A stretch of DNA of 64,000 bases. Source: Macrostomum lignano (Eukaryota). The stretch is taken from contig NIVC01000064.1 of the NCBI GenBank assembly GCA_002269645.1, positions 434,001-498,000 on the forward strand, written 5' to 3'. Every line of letters begins with the position of its first letter. The first letter of the stretch is position 1. A model generated the notes under the pieces. The model made no database searches, had not been told where the DNA came from, and saw only the letters and a list, made by a program, of their open reading frames with translations. The translations under genes were made by a program, and so were the position numbers. Below, piece after piece: positions 13,601 to 24,681 of this stretch.

Positions 13601-14496
13601 TGATTTTCCGAGAAATACTCGACCCCCTGTACGGCATGTTCCGCAGCTTCGATTCCAATTTGATTTGGTTCAATTTCGTGTCGCTAGAAGATGCCAGCCT
13701 GTTCCATCTGATTGGCATCCTGTGCGGCCTGGCCATCTACAATAACTTCCTAGCCGGGGTGGCCTTCCCCCTGGCCATGTACAAGAAACTGCTGGGTCTC
13801 AAGCCCACTCTAGAGGATCTGAAAGAGCTCGATCCTACAATTGGTCGCAATCTGCAGCATCTGCTAGAAGCAGAGTCTGCCGAGGATGTCGAGTCGCTAA
13901 TGCTGACCTTTGAAATCGAGTTCGACTATTACGGCGAGCTTCGCCGCCAGCCGTTGAGCGATCGGCCCGACGAGCCCGTTGTCATGGGCAACCGGCAACG
14001 CTACGTGGACGCCTACGTTGATTACATGTTCAATACCGGCTGCAAAGAGTCCTACGCTGCGTTTCACGACGGTTTTCACAAAGTGTGTGGCGGTCACGTG
14101 CTGGCCCTGTTCGAACCGGCCGAGCTGAGGGCCATGCTAATTGGCGAAGAAGACCATTTTGACTGGGCCCAGCTGCAGAAGAATGCCGAATATCTCGGCG
14201 TGTACTATGCCAAGCACGAGGTGATTGTCAATTTCTGGTCCGTGTTTCATCACGATTTCACAGAGGCGCAGAAGAGGAGATTTTTGCACTTTCTCACCGG
14301 CTGCGACCGGGTCCCCATGCAGGGCATGTCGGCCGTGAAAATCCGCATCCAGCCTGTGCACGGCGGCGCCGCCTACCTGCCTGTGGCGCACACCTGCTAT
14401 AATCTGCTAGACCTGCCCGTCTATCCTGATAAAGACTCGCTCAGGCGGAAACTGACTCAGGCTATTGAGCAGACTGAAGGATTTGCGCTGGTTTGA
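5689..14496 (+). CDS. HERC4: HERC3/HERC4-like E3 ubiquitin ligase (RCC1-like domain + C-terminal HECT), ~1120 aa
   Basis: Exons 5689-6006, 6334-6848, 7690 or 7709-8167, 8402-8707, 9292-9791, 10990-11203, 13459-14496, with GT-AG introns. RCC1 repeats ([43 protein letters not shown]), small-HERC linker motifs ([28 protein letters not shown]) and HECT ([25 protein letters not shown], catalytic [14 protein letters not shown], terminal EGFALV). The start codon and the exon 3 acceptor are uncertain; orthology to HERC4 versus HERC3 is not resolved. Confidence 0.92.
6024..6200. repeat. (TCTG)n microsatellite in HERC intron 1
   Basis: Direct reading. Confidence 0.95.
6940..7680. repeat. Minisatellite, ~34 bp unit (gaagcatcagggagatgaggaatcagcagcccct), HERC intron 2
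   Basis: Tandem copies ending about 25 nt before the acceptor. Confidence 0.92.
8186..8310. repeat. (GACA)n microsatellite in HERC intron 3
   Basis: Direct reading; reverse orientation of the TCTG tracts. Confidence 0.92.
8780..9140. repeat. Minisatellite, 22 bp unit (tatgggtcattcagtaggtcaa), HERC intron 4
   Basis: Tandem copies. Confidence 0.92.
9800..10770. repeat. Compound (TCTG)n array with periodic ttagtgcc interruptions, HERC intron 5
   Basis: Direct reading. Confidence 0.95.
11310..13310. repeat. Minisatellite, 43/45 bp units (atgatatctcatcactcctttattatacctgtatctctctgttct), HERC intron 6
   Basis: About 2 kb of tandem copies in two length variants; degenerate at the right end. Confidence 0.95.
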
Positions 14497-14559
14497 GGAA
14501 TTATCTGCTTTTTTATCTGATCCCAGTTTGGTTGCTTAGCTGGAGACTGCCTGTATTGA

Positions 14560-14990
14560 TTGTCCCAGATCCTCACTTGCTGTTCCAGCCTCCCAAATCC
14601 TCAGTTGCTTTGCCAGCCTCCTAGATCCTCAGTTGCTTTGCCAGCCTCCCAAATCCTCAGTTGCTGGGCCAGCCTCCCAGATCCTCAGTTGCTGGGCCAG
14701 CCTCCCAGATCCTCAGTTGCTGGGCCAGCCTCCCAAATCCTCAGTTGCTTTGCCAGCCTCCTAGATCCTCAGTTGCTTTGCCAGCCTCCTAGATCCTCAG
14801 TTGCTTTGCCAGCCTCCCAGATCCTCAGTTGCTGGGCCAGCCTCCCAGAGTGTCAGTTGCTGGGCCAGCCTCCCAGATCCTCAGTTGCTGGGCCAGCCTC
14901 CCAGATCCTCACTTGCTGGGCCAGCCTCCCAAATCCTCGGTTGCTTTGCCAGCCTCCCAGATCCCCAGTTGCTGGGCCACCGCCGCCACT
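14560..14990. repeat. Minisatellite, 28 bp unit (cctcccagatcctcagttgctgggccag), just downstream of the HERC stop codon
   Basis: Tandem copies; same family as 22198-22590 and 24569-24592. Confidence 0.92.
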
Positions 14991-15649
14991 TTCCCAGCCC
15001 TTATAGCCAGCGCAAAAGGTGAAGGTTGGTTGGAAGGTTGGAAAAGGCCGGGTTGGAAAAAGTGAAGATATTAACAAACATGTTTGCATAGGATATGATA
15101 CACTACTCAAAGTAGTTGACAACAAACGAGTTATTTTTGCCATGGCCATAAACTCTATTTCTAAATATATTTTAAATAAAAACAATCTGGTGCTGCTTGT
15201 TATTTTGATATTCTCAAGCTTATGAATTTATTCTGTTGTAAGCGATAAATTTAGCGAATTGGCTTAACAAACGCGCCTTGTGTTCTCTGAAGTAGTACAA
15301 GGGGTGTGTACTTTTATTTTCTATTTCTAAGTATAAAGTTTGTTAATTTAACTTTTTTATCTATCGCCTTGTGATGCCTGACTTAATGTGTGCGCATCTT
15401 GAATTTTATTCAAAAATAAATTTGATGTATCTGAGCTGACAGTGTGGCCGAATAAATGTCCCGACTATTTGACCTGGTTTTCGTCTTTCTCTTAACCCAA
15501 TTTCGTTATTCAGATATAGTTCAAGTTGTGACGGCGTAAGCAATTTAATGATATTATTGAAACCATATCATTGCTAAAATTATGAAATTGTCTTTTAGCT
15601 CAATATGTTGCCTATCTGCCTTTAATTGTCAGTTTGTCTACCGATATTA

Positions 15650-16555
15650 CCCTCTAGTGTCAGTTTGGCTACCAATTTTACCCTCTAGTGTCAGTTTGGC
15701 TACCAATTTTAGCCTCTAGTGTCAGTTTGGCTACCAATTTTACCCTCTAGTGTCAGTTTGGCTACCAATTTTAGCCTCTAGTGTCAGTTTGGCTACCAAT
15801 TTTACCCTCTAGTGTCAGTTTGGCTACCAATTTTAGCCTCTAGTGTCAGTTTGGCTACCAATTTTAGCCTCTAGTGTCAGTTTGGCTACCAATTTTAGCC
15901 TCTAGTGTCAGTTTGGCTACCAATTTTACCCTCTAGTGTCAGTTTGGCTACCAATTTTAGCCTCTAGTGTCAGTTTGGCTACCAATTTTACCCTCCAGTG
16001 TCAGTTTGGCTACCAATTTTAGCCTCTAGTGTCAGTTTGGCTACCAATTTTACCCTCCAGTGTCAGTTTGGCTACCAATTTTACCCTCCAGTGTCAGTTT
16101 GGCTACCAATTTTAGCCTCTAGTGTCAGTTTGGCTACCAATTTTACCCTCCAGTGTCAGTTTGGCTACCAATTTTAGCCTCTAGTGTCAGTTTGGCTACC
16201 AATTTTACCCTCCAGTGTCAGTTTGGCTACCAATTTTAGCCTCTAGTGTCAGTTTGGCTACCAATTTTAGCCTCTAGTGTCAGTTTGGCTACCAATTTTA
16301 CCCTCCAGTGTCAGTTTGGCTACCAATTTTAGCCTCTAGTGTCAGTTTGGCTACCAATTTTACCCTCCAGTGTCAGTTTGGCTACTAATTTTAGCCTCTA
16401 GTGTCAGTTTGGCTACCAATTTTACCCTCCAGTGTCAGTTTGGCTACTAATTTTAGCCTCTAGTGTCAGTTTGGCTACCAATTTTAGCCTCTAGTGTCAG
16501 TTTGGCTACCAATTTTAGCCTCCAGTGTCAGTTTGGCTTCCAATTTTACCCTGCA
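15650..16555. repeat. Minisatellite, 31 bp unit (ctctagtgtcagtttggctaccaattttacc)
   Basis: Highly homogeneous tandem copies. Confidence 0.95.
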
Positions 16556-18612
16556 GCCCTCTAATACCAGTTTTGGCTTACATTTTCTCAGAAAAATGAC
16601 AATTCAAAATCACTTCATCCGTATACCTGAGTAATGATGACAGTCAAAGCTATTTATTAACAAAACCTGTTCAATTTTGATCACAGCACCCACACTGCCT
16701 TGCGCTAACTATGTTGTTTAGATTTATGTGCTGAACCTGCCGGGTACATGCAGAGTTTGCCTTTCCACACCAACATATTAAAGAGCATTATTTTATTTAA
16801 AGGCCCTGTTTATGATTTTTGTTATGATAAATAAATGAAAATTGCTGCCAGAACTCGCCCACCGCTGAAAGCATGCTGTTTTCTTTTGAGTAGGCTGTCT
16901 ACACGATATACGATAAAAAGGGTACAAATGTTTGATTTGCATTTTCAATTTATAATTTTTCCAATAACGGTTTCTAGGATGCTTTCTGGGCTACTTTACG
17001 AGTTCAGATGTTTTCTCAGGATTGATGCATTTCTAGTCAGCCATCTTGTCAGCAGGAATTGGTGTGCAATGCATTTCTTGTCAGCAGGAATTGGTGTGCA
17101 ATGCATTTCTTGTCAGCAGGAATTGGTGTGCAATGCATTCCTTGTCAGCAGGAATTGGTGTGCAATGCATTTCTTGTCAACAGGAATTGGTGTGCAATGC
17201 ATTCCTTGTCAGCCATCTTGTCAGCAGGAATTGGTGTGCAATGCATTTCTTGTCAGCAGGAATTGGTGTGCAATGCATTTCTTGTCAGCAGGAATTGGTG
17301 TGCAATGCATTCCTTGTCAGCAGGAATTGGTGTGCAATGCATTTCTTGTCAGCAGGAATTGGTGTGCAATGCATTCCTTGTCGGCAGGAATTAGTGTGCA
17401 ATGCATTCCTTGTCATCAGGAATTGGTGTGCAATGCATTCCTTGTCAGCCATCTTGTCAGCAGGAATTGGTGTGCAATGCATTCCTTGTCAGCAGGAATT
17501 GGTGTGCAATGTATTTCTTGTCAGCAGAAATTGGTGTGCAATGCATTTCTTGTCAGCAGGATTTGGTGTGCAATGCATTCCTTGTCAGCAGGAATTGGTA
17601 TGCAATGCATTCCTTGTCAGCAGGAATTGGTGTGCAATGCATTCCTTGTCAGCAGGAATTGGTGTGCAATGCATTTCTTGTCAACAGGAATTGGTGTGCA
17701 ATGCATTCCTTGTCAGCCATCTTGTCAGCAGGAATTGGTGTGCAATGCATTTCTTGTCAGCAGGAATTGGTGTGCAATGCATTTCTTGTCAGCAGGAATT
17801 GGTGTGCAATGCATTCATTGTCAGCCATCTTGTCAGCAGGAATTGGTGTACAATGCATTTCTTGTCATCAGGAATTGGTGTGAAATGCATTCCTTGTCAG
17901 CCATCTTGTCAGCAGGAATTGGTGTGCAATGCATTTCTTGTCAGCAGGAATTGGTGTGCAATGCATTTCTTGTCAGCAGGAATTGGTGTGCGATGCATTC
18001 CTTGTCAGCAGGAATTGGTGTGCAATGCATTTCTTGTCAGCAGGAATTGGTGTACAATGCATTTCTTGTCAGCAGGAATTGGTGTGCAATGCATTTCTTG
18101 TCATCAGGAATTGGTGTGCAATGCATTTCTTGTCAGCAGGAATTGGTGTGCAATGCATTCCTTGTCAGCAGGAATTGGGGTGCAATGCATTCCTTGTCAG
18201 CAGGAATTGGTGTACAATGCATTTCTTGTCAGCAGGAATTGGTGTGCAATGCATTCCTTGTCAGCAGGAATTGGTGTACAATGCATTTCTTGTCAGCAGG
18301 AATTGGTGTGCAATGCATTCCTTGTCAGTAGGAATTAGTGTGCAATGCATTTCTTGTCAGCAGGAATTGGGGTGCAATGCATTTCTTGTCAGCAGGAATT
18401 GGTGTGCAATGCATTTCTTGTCAGCAGGAATTGGTGTGCAATGCATTTCTTGTCAGCAGGAATTGGTGTGCAATGCATTCCTTGTCAGCAGGAATTGGTA
18501 TGCAATGCATTCCTTGTCAGCAGGAATTGGTGTACAATGCATTTCTTGTCAGCAGGAATTGGTGTGCAATGCATTCCTTGTCAGCCATCTTGTCAGCAGG
18601 AATTGGTGTACA

Positions 18613-20831
18613 TGATGTAACCGCCCTTGTCGCCTGTCCGCTCCGTAGAGAGACGAACGCATGACTAGAGGGGGCAATGACCGTAGGCTGCCTATGACCG
18701 GGCAATGACCTGACGGACCTCCAGCACCAGACTGTCCCGCCCACATGATTAGTAGCTTTGGTAGCGCTTCGTGACCAGAGGGCCAAGGACCCACATGGAC
18801 CCCACCTGTAGCCAAGGTGCAATAGTTGGTCACTCGGTCATAGTATGACCGAGTGGCTGCCACCACTCTATGTGACCTGGCGCACCTGGATCTTTCTACC
18901 AGACCTCTCGAGGCTAGAGCCCCGCCTGGATTGGTTACCAGGGGATCTAGGCTAACAGGGGAGACGCATGCAGCCGAGTACAGGGACTCTGCTTGGGGCA
19001 TGATCGGGAACTCTGGGCTCAATCCTGGAGGATTTCTCAGCAGGGGATCCTTTGTGGCTGTGAGCGAGGCTGACTTGCGACTTTGATTACTAAGAGTAGT
19101 ATGAGGCGAACATGTACTGTCTACAGTTTAGATTGCTCAGGGCGAAGGGACGCGTTAGCATGGGGTTGCAACCTTCCTACTGCCATTCTGTGCCAAGACT
19201 CGCTAATCCCTCTACTGCACGCACACGCGACCCCGCAGCACGCACTCACAGGCAGGCTTTGCACGGGGAGAGGCCATTAGCTTACCCAAACTTCCTTATG
19301 CTTTGCCACCCCGGGAGAAAGGCTTAGCAAGCCATGAGTGAAATGATGGTGAAAGATTGAATAATGATGAAGTTAGTTAATAGTTAATAATTAGGCCCTT
19401 AGGCAAATAAGCAGGCAATTAGGCAGCTTCACTATTGAGTAAAATACAGCAAAAGATACGGTATCACAATTGGCTCAGCTCTCTAATCAGACAATGGAAA
19501 ATAGGCAAACCCCGGATAAGCAAAGGCAATTAGAGCACAAATTAGTAGCAGGAACTTACCGGCAGCTGCACAGAGAGAGAGAGAGGCGGAGTGACCGAGG
19601 GCGGCTGTAGGCTGCAGTCAGGCAGACGGTGAGGCGGCGATGCGCTGGAGCGACGAGGCGCTGATGTAGATCAGGCGATGCTGATGATGCTGGGCGGTAT
19701 CAGACCGCTGGCCGATAGGCGAGCTCACTTGGGGAGCTAAGGATAACTTGGCGGTAACAGACCGCGGACCGGCAGGGATTCGTCTTATAGACGAATGGGT
19801 CAGAACTCAATCTGACAGCAAGTCCAAAGAAGGACGAGGAGAGGAACAGAGATAAACTCAGTTGAGTATTCTCATGCCGAAATCGCTTCCTTTTATAGAC
19901 CTCACAGCCGCCTCCTCAAGGTCGTTACCATGGCTCCCTCTCTCTGATTGGCTGCCGGCAGAATGACGTCAGAATGAGTCATGATGAGAAGCATGAGACC
20001 GGCATAGCAACATGAGAAATCGGGAAATTGCGCAATCCGGAGGTGGGGTGGGGGGATAATTGGCGCAGCGGGTGGTCGCGAAAGTGTTGCGCAAGCAAAC
20101 ATTGAGAACAATAGGGCTGGGGTCGAGAACAAAGGAATTGGAAATCGGGGATAATTGGGGAAAACTGAGAACAATGGAAAAGTAAACATTGGAGAAAAGG
20201 TGATAATTAGGTGCGAAAACGAGAACAAAAGAAAGAGAAAATCGGAGAAAATGTGATAATTGGTGGGGGTCGAGAGAACAAAAGAAGCAAAAACGAGAAC
20301 AATAGAAGCGGAGGTGGGGTGGGTGTCACATGAGAAATTTGGGAAGGAGAACAATAGCGTGAGAAAAGGTTGCGCAAGAGAGGGGGATGAGTCATCGATG
20401 AGTCACCGAGGGGGAGAAGGGGTCACACGACTTGCGTCACCGTTTGGGAGTTTGAGAGGGGATGGGGAGACGGTGAGCACACAAAGTACTGTAAGTAGAC
20501 ACAGGGAAAGAGGGGACAGCGCAGGAAAAGAGTGCAGAGGGAGACAAAAAAAAGGGAGGAGGTAGAGAAAGTACAGGAAGAATAGGGCGGGAACAGAAGA
20601 GATAGGGTAGAGGGGGAGGTACAGAAAGGGGTAGGGGCTCCGGAAAGGCAGGTGTGGCGGCAGGAGAGACGGGACCAAGGCAGCAGGAGAGGTGCAGCAG
20701 AGCGGGAGTCTCCAGGCCCGGTCGGAGACCTGGCCGAGTCTCGACAGCTCTGTGCAGAGGGTGCACGGGATAGGAGGCACTTTCGAAAAAGTTCCCATGC
20801 CCTATCCCGCGACCAGAGCGTGGTTACATCA
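18613..20831 (-). mobile_element. 2219-bp solo-LTR-like or non-autonomous element with TG...CA ends
   Basis: Perfect 10-bp terminal inverted repeat TGATGTAACC...GGTTACATCA; 4-bp target-site duplication TACA (18609-18612 and 20832-20835); no internal direct repeat and no recognisable ORF. Confidence 0.85.
19890..19981 (-). promoter_or_regulatory. Compact Pol II promoter inside the 2.2-kb element: TATA + CCAAT + CRE + AP-1
   Basis: Minus-strand TATAAAAG 19897-19890, CCAAT 19951-19947, palindromic TGACGTCA 19964-19971, TGAGTCA 19975-19981, in normal upstream order. Confidence 0.65.
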
Positions 20832-21613
20832 TACAATGCATTTCTTGTCAGCAGGAATTGGTGTGCAATGCATTCCTTGTCAGTAGGAATTGGTGTGCAA
20901 TGCATTTCTTGTCAGCAGGAATTGGGGTGCAATGCATTTCTTGTCAGCAGGAATTGGTGTGCAATGCATTCCTTGTCAGCCATCTTGTCAGCAGGAATTG
21001 GTGTGCAATGCATTCCTTGTCAGCCATCTTGTCAGCAGGAATTGGTGTGCAATGCATTTCTTGTCAGCAGGAATTGGTGTGCAATGCATTTCTTGTCAGC
21101 AGGAATTGGTGTGCAATGCATTCCTTGTCAGCCATCTTGTCAGCAGGAATTGGTGTGCAATGCATTCCTTGTCAGCCATCTTGTCAGCAGGAATTGGTGT
21201 GCAATGCATTCCTTGTCAGCAGGAATTGGTGTACAATGCATTTCTTGTCAGCAGGAATTGGTGTGCAATGCATTCCTTGTCAGCCATCTTGTCAGCAGGA
21301 ATTGGTGTACAATGCATTTCTTGTCAGCAGGAATTGGTGTGCAATGCATTCCTTGTCAGTAGGAATTGGTGTACATGTGCATTCAGACACACGTACATTT
21401 TCTACATTGTAGAACATTCCAACATGTGCGGTATTGCTTGGGATACTGTCAAAAAACATTAAGCATTGAGTCCATTTTCGTATTAATAAATATGTATATA
21501 TTTGATTAGCTACTCAATAATAAATCGCTCCATAATCTCTTATTTAGATAATAGTAATAGTTCCGTGATCAAACTGCGCGCAATCAATTCGATTCAAGTA
21601 GAGAAAGTGTGCA

Positions 21614-22121
21614 TTAATTAAAGTTCTCATAAATCGACGGCGGCAGCAGCTCCAGCAGGCAAATACCTGTCACATTCTCGATGGTTAATGTGTTGGTCCG
21701 ATGATGAGTCACCAGTCGTTCCAGGCTCTGGTGCCAGATGCCATTCTTGGGATCTACCGAGTACTGCTGGCTGCCAGTGGAACCCGATACCCGCTGCTGG
21801 ATGATCACGTGATAGGCCTCGGCTCGCTGCCATCGGATGGACAGCACGAGCTTTTCGCCGCTCTGCCTGATTAGGAAGGCACCCGGCTGACTCCGGCGGA
21901 GTAGCCGCTCCGCTGACCATCGGTCCAGGTGATCGTGCACCAGTTGCTGGCAGCGGGAGGCCACGGAGTCTGCCGGGCCGCCCAACGGGTAGGAGACCGG
22001 CCGGTGTCGTAGAAAGGCGGTCAGGCAGGTGCGGTCCAGCTGCTGATTGCAGTGGTCGCAGTGGTAGCCCTGCGCATTGGTGGTGGCAGTTGGGTTGGTT
22101 TGGGATTGACGCCATTCAGAG
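21614..22121 (-). CDS. Terminal exon encoding a Vav-like half C1 finger plus SH2 domain
   Basis: QGYHCDHC...RTCL resembles the second half of the Vav C1 finger. SH2 motifs: LDRWSAERLL, PGAFLIRQS (conserved Arg), LVLSIRW, YHVII, SLERLVTHH. Acceptor cccgcag| at 22122; stop at 21614. Confidence 0.8.
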
Positions 22122-22197
22122 CTGCGGGCTGTCGTGTGCTTCTTAACTGGTGCTGATCGGGTGAGGCAATTCCAAGGTCTCAACTTAGTAGGTCCCC

Positions 22198-22590
22198 TCC
22201 CAGATCCCCAGCTGCTGGGCCAGCCTCCCAAATCCTCAGTTGCTTTGCCAGACTCCTAGATCCCCAGTTGCTGGGCTAGCCTCCCAGATCCCCAGTTGCT
22301 GGGCCAGCCTCCCAGATCCTCAGTTGCTGGGCCAGCCTCCCAGATCCCCAGTTGCTGGACCAGCCTCCCAGATCCTTAGTTGCTGGGCCAGCCTCCCAGA
22401 TCCTCAGTTGCTGGATCAGCCTCCCAGATCCTCAGTTGCTGGGCCAGCCTCCCAGATCCTTAGTTGCTGGGCCAGCCTCCCAGATCCTCAGTTGCTGGAT
22501 CAGCCTCCCAGATCCTCAGTTGCTGGACCAGCCTCCCAGACCCTCAGTTGCTGGGCCACTAGCCTCCCAGATCCTCAGTTGCTGGGCCAC
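22198..22590. repeat. 28 bp minisatellite, same family as 14560-14990
   Basis: Same unit consensus. Confidence 0.92.
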
Positions 22591-23081
22591 TTAAACCTCC
22601 TTCTTGGATGCACTACATGTGCTCTATTGAGTACCCAGGATGTCAGTTCAGTGAGAAGTAAAAATTGTCTGATTCCTTTTGCTGTGAATTCATAAGCGTG
22701 CAGTTCTCCTCCAAGAAATTTCCCACCGATTAAAGGTTCGATAAACCAAAGGGACAAAATTTCTGATTCATAAATTGTGCCAACTTTACACAGTAATTAT
22801 TTCGCTTTGATGTGATGTGTTTTTTCTCTTCCGTCTTTGATAAATCGGAAAAAGGCATTCAAAAGATTCAAAAGAAAAAATAATCACCTGCGCCCTTGCC
22901 CATCAATTGAAAAATTTTTGTCCCAGCAATTTCGCATAGAAAACTGCTGTGAGTGGTCTCAAATCTCTCCAAGCATGTCGAAATTGCTTCTTTCCTAAAA
23001 CGGAACTTCTTTGGAAAGATAATTGTCGAAAAACAGGCAAAGAGCGGCAACTTTCTGAAGGCGGATTCGAATAGAAAAGTC

Positions 23082-23088
23082 TATAAAA
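23082..23088 (+). promoter_or_regulatory. TATA box of the neuropeptide-like gene
   Basis: TATAAAA about 90 nt upstream of ATG 23179. Confidence 0.55.
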
Positions 23089-23178
23089 TGGACTCGGGTC
23101 AGAAGCAATTTTTCCGCACCAAGATCTCCAAAAAGTTCTTGCAAAGCAGCCATCATTCTCCCGTAGCGGAAGAAAGCC

Positions 23179-24262
23179 ATGAACTTCAGGAAACTGCAGG
23201 CTGCGATGCTGCTGGTCTGCCTGACTGCGGCTGCTCAGCAGCGGGCTGCCGCCCTGCCAGCTGGCGGATCATCGAGTGCCCCGGTAAGCTGCCTTTGAGG
23301 CTGCAGTTTAGTTGCTGGGGACTACTGGCTCTTGTTGGTTTTTGCAAAGGGAACTGCTGGCGCCCCTTGGTGCTGGCGCCCCCTGGTGCTGGCGCCCCTT
23401 GGTCCTGGCGCCCCCTGGTGCTGGCGCCCCTTGGTCCTGGCGCCCCCTGGTGCTGGAGCCCCCTGGTGCTGGCGCCCCCTGGTGCTGGCGCCCCCTGTTG
23501 CTGGAGCCCCCTGGTGCTGGCGCCCCCTGGTGCTGGTGCCCCCTGGTACTGGCGCCCCCTGGTGCTGGCGCCCCCTGGTGCTGGCGCCCCCTGGTGCTGG
23601 CGCCCCCTGGTGCTGGCGCCCCCTGGTGCTGGCGCCCCCTGGTGCTGGCGCCCCCTGGTGCTGGCGCCCCCTGGTACTGGCGCCCCCTGGTGCTGGCGCC
23701 CCCTGGTGCTGGCGCCCCCTGGTGCTTGCGCCCCTGGTGCTAAAACCCCTGGTGCTAAAACCCCTGGTGCTAAAGCCCCTGGTGCTAAAGCCCCTGGTGC
23801 TAAAACCCCTAGTGCTAAAACCCCTGGTGCTAAAACCCCTGGTGCTAAAACCCCTAGTGCTAAAACCCCTAGTGCTAAAACCCCTGGTGCTAAAGCCCCT
23901 GGTGCTAAAACCCCTGGTGCTAAAACCCCTGGTGCTAAAACCCCTGGTGCTAAAGCCCCTGGTGCTAAAACCCCTGGTGCTAAAACCCCTGGTGCTAAAA
24001 CCCCTAGTGCTAAAACCCCTAGTGCTAAAGCCCCTGGTGCTAAAACCCCTGGTGCTAAAACCCCTGGTTCAATAAAAATCTTCACTTCATTTCTCCTCAA
24101 ACATTTCAGCAGCCCAGCTCGGCCAGTCCCGCGGCCACGCAGATGCCGCAGCCGGAGCAGCCGCGCCTGGACGATCAGCTCAGGGCCACGCGATTCCAGC
24201 TGTACAAGAGGTGCACCAGCGTCTTCCACCCAATGGCCTGCTTCGGAATTTGGCGGCTGTGA
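23179..24262 (+). CDS. Two-exon neuropeptide-like precursor, 85 aa, with a C-terminal cyclic C-X8-C peptide
   Basis: join(23179..23283,24110..24262), donor ccg|gtaagc, acceptor catttcag|, both phase 0. Product MNFRKLQAAMLLVCLTAAAQQRAAALPAGGSSSAP-QPSSASPAATQMPQPEQPRLDDQLRATRFQLYKR-CTSVFHPMACFGIWRL. Shows a signal-peptide-like N-terminus, a spacer and a dibasic KR site. Confidence 0.8.
23346..24067. repeat. 15-16 bp minisatellite in two blocks (ggtgctggcgcccct then ggtgctaaaacccct) filling the intron
   Basis: Direct reading; lies between the GT and AG signals. Confidence 0.95.
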
Positions 24263-24447
24263 CTTCGCTGCGTCACAGCCGCTCTGCATCCGAATTTGAT
24301 GAGCAGCCGAATTGGACTGCATCAAGCGTGATGACGATTGAAAGCATCGCAAATAGTGTGGTTGTTTTTTAGACCTTTAAACGCTTTTCAGTCTCTTACT
24401 ACGAGTTATTTAGACCCGTGACAGTTTTAATAGAAAGGAATTTTGCA

Positions 24448-24453
24448 AATAAA
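24448..24453 (+). terminator. Candidate polyadenylation signal of the neuropeptide-like gene
   Basis: AATAAA about 185 nt after the stop codon. Confidence 0.5.
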
Positions 24454-24681
24454 CGATTATCCATACAGTTTGGTCGGGTTTATGGCAGCAAATCATTTCA
24501 TAATTGGATATTAGTTTGTGTAACGCCAGATCAGTGCTACACTATCGTAGCTGCTGTCTCAGTAAGTAACTGGGCCAGCCTCCCAGATCCTCTTAGACTT
24601 AGCTGCAGGGCTGTCCCGGAGGGGACACAGCGGGAAGGCGCGGGCGCCCATTCCGCTAGTCCCTGAACGGCCGACGCGTCG

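Larger units (their letters stand above)
17040..21375. repeat. Satellite, 32 bp unit (cttgtcagcaggaattggtgtgcaatgcattt), split by a 2.2-kb insertion
   Basis: Arrays at 17040-18612 and 20832-21375 continue in register across the insertion. Confidence 0.95.

Noticed and set aside
16835-21462. Long Cys-rich ORFs (up to 498 aa)
   Set aside because: They are translations of the 32-bp satellite, which lacks + strand stop codons and is open in all three frames; the unit length is not a multiple of 3.
22953-24352. Elastin/silk-like PGAGA and PGAKT ORFs, also at 39895-41061
   Set aside because: The repeats lie between clear GT and AG sites of other gene models and are open in several frames on both strands.
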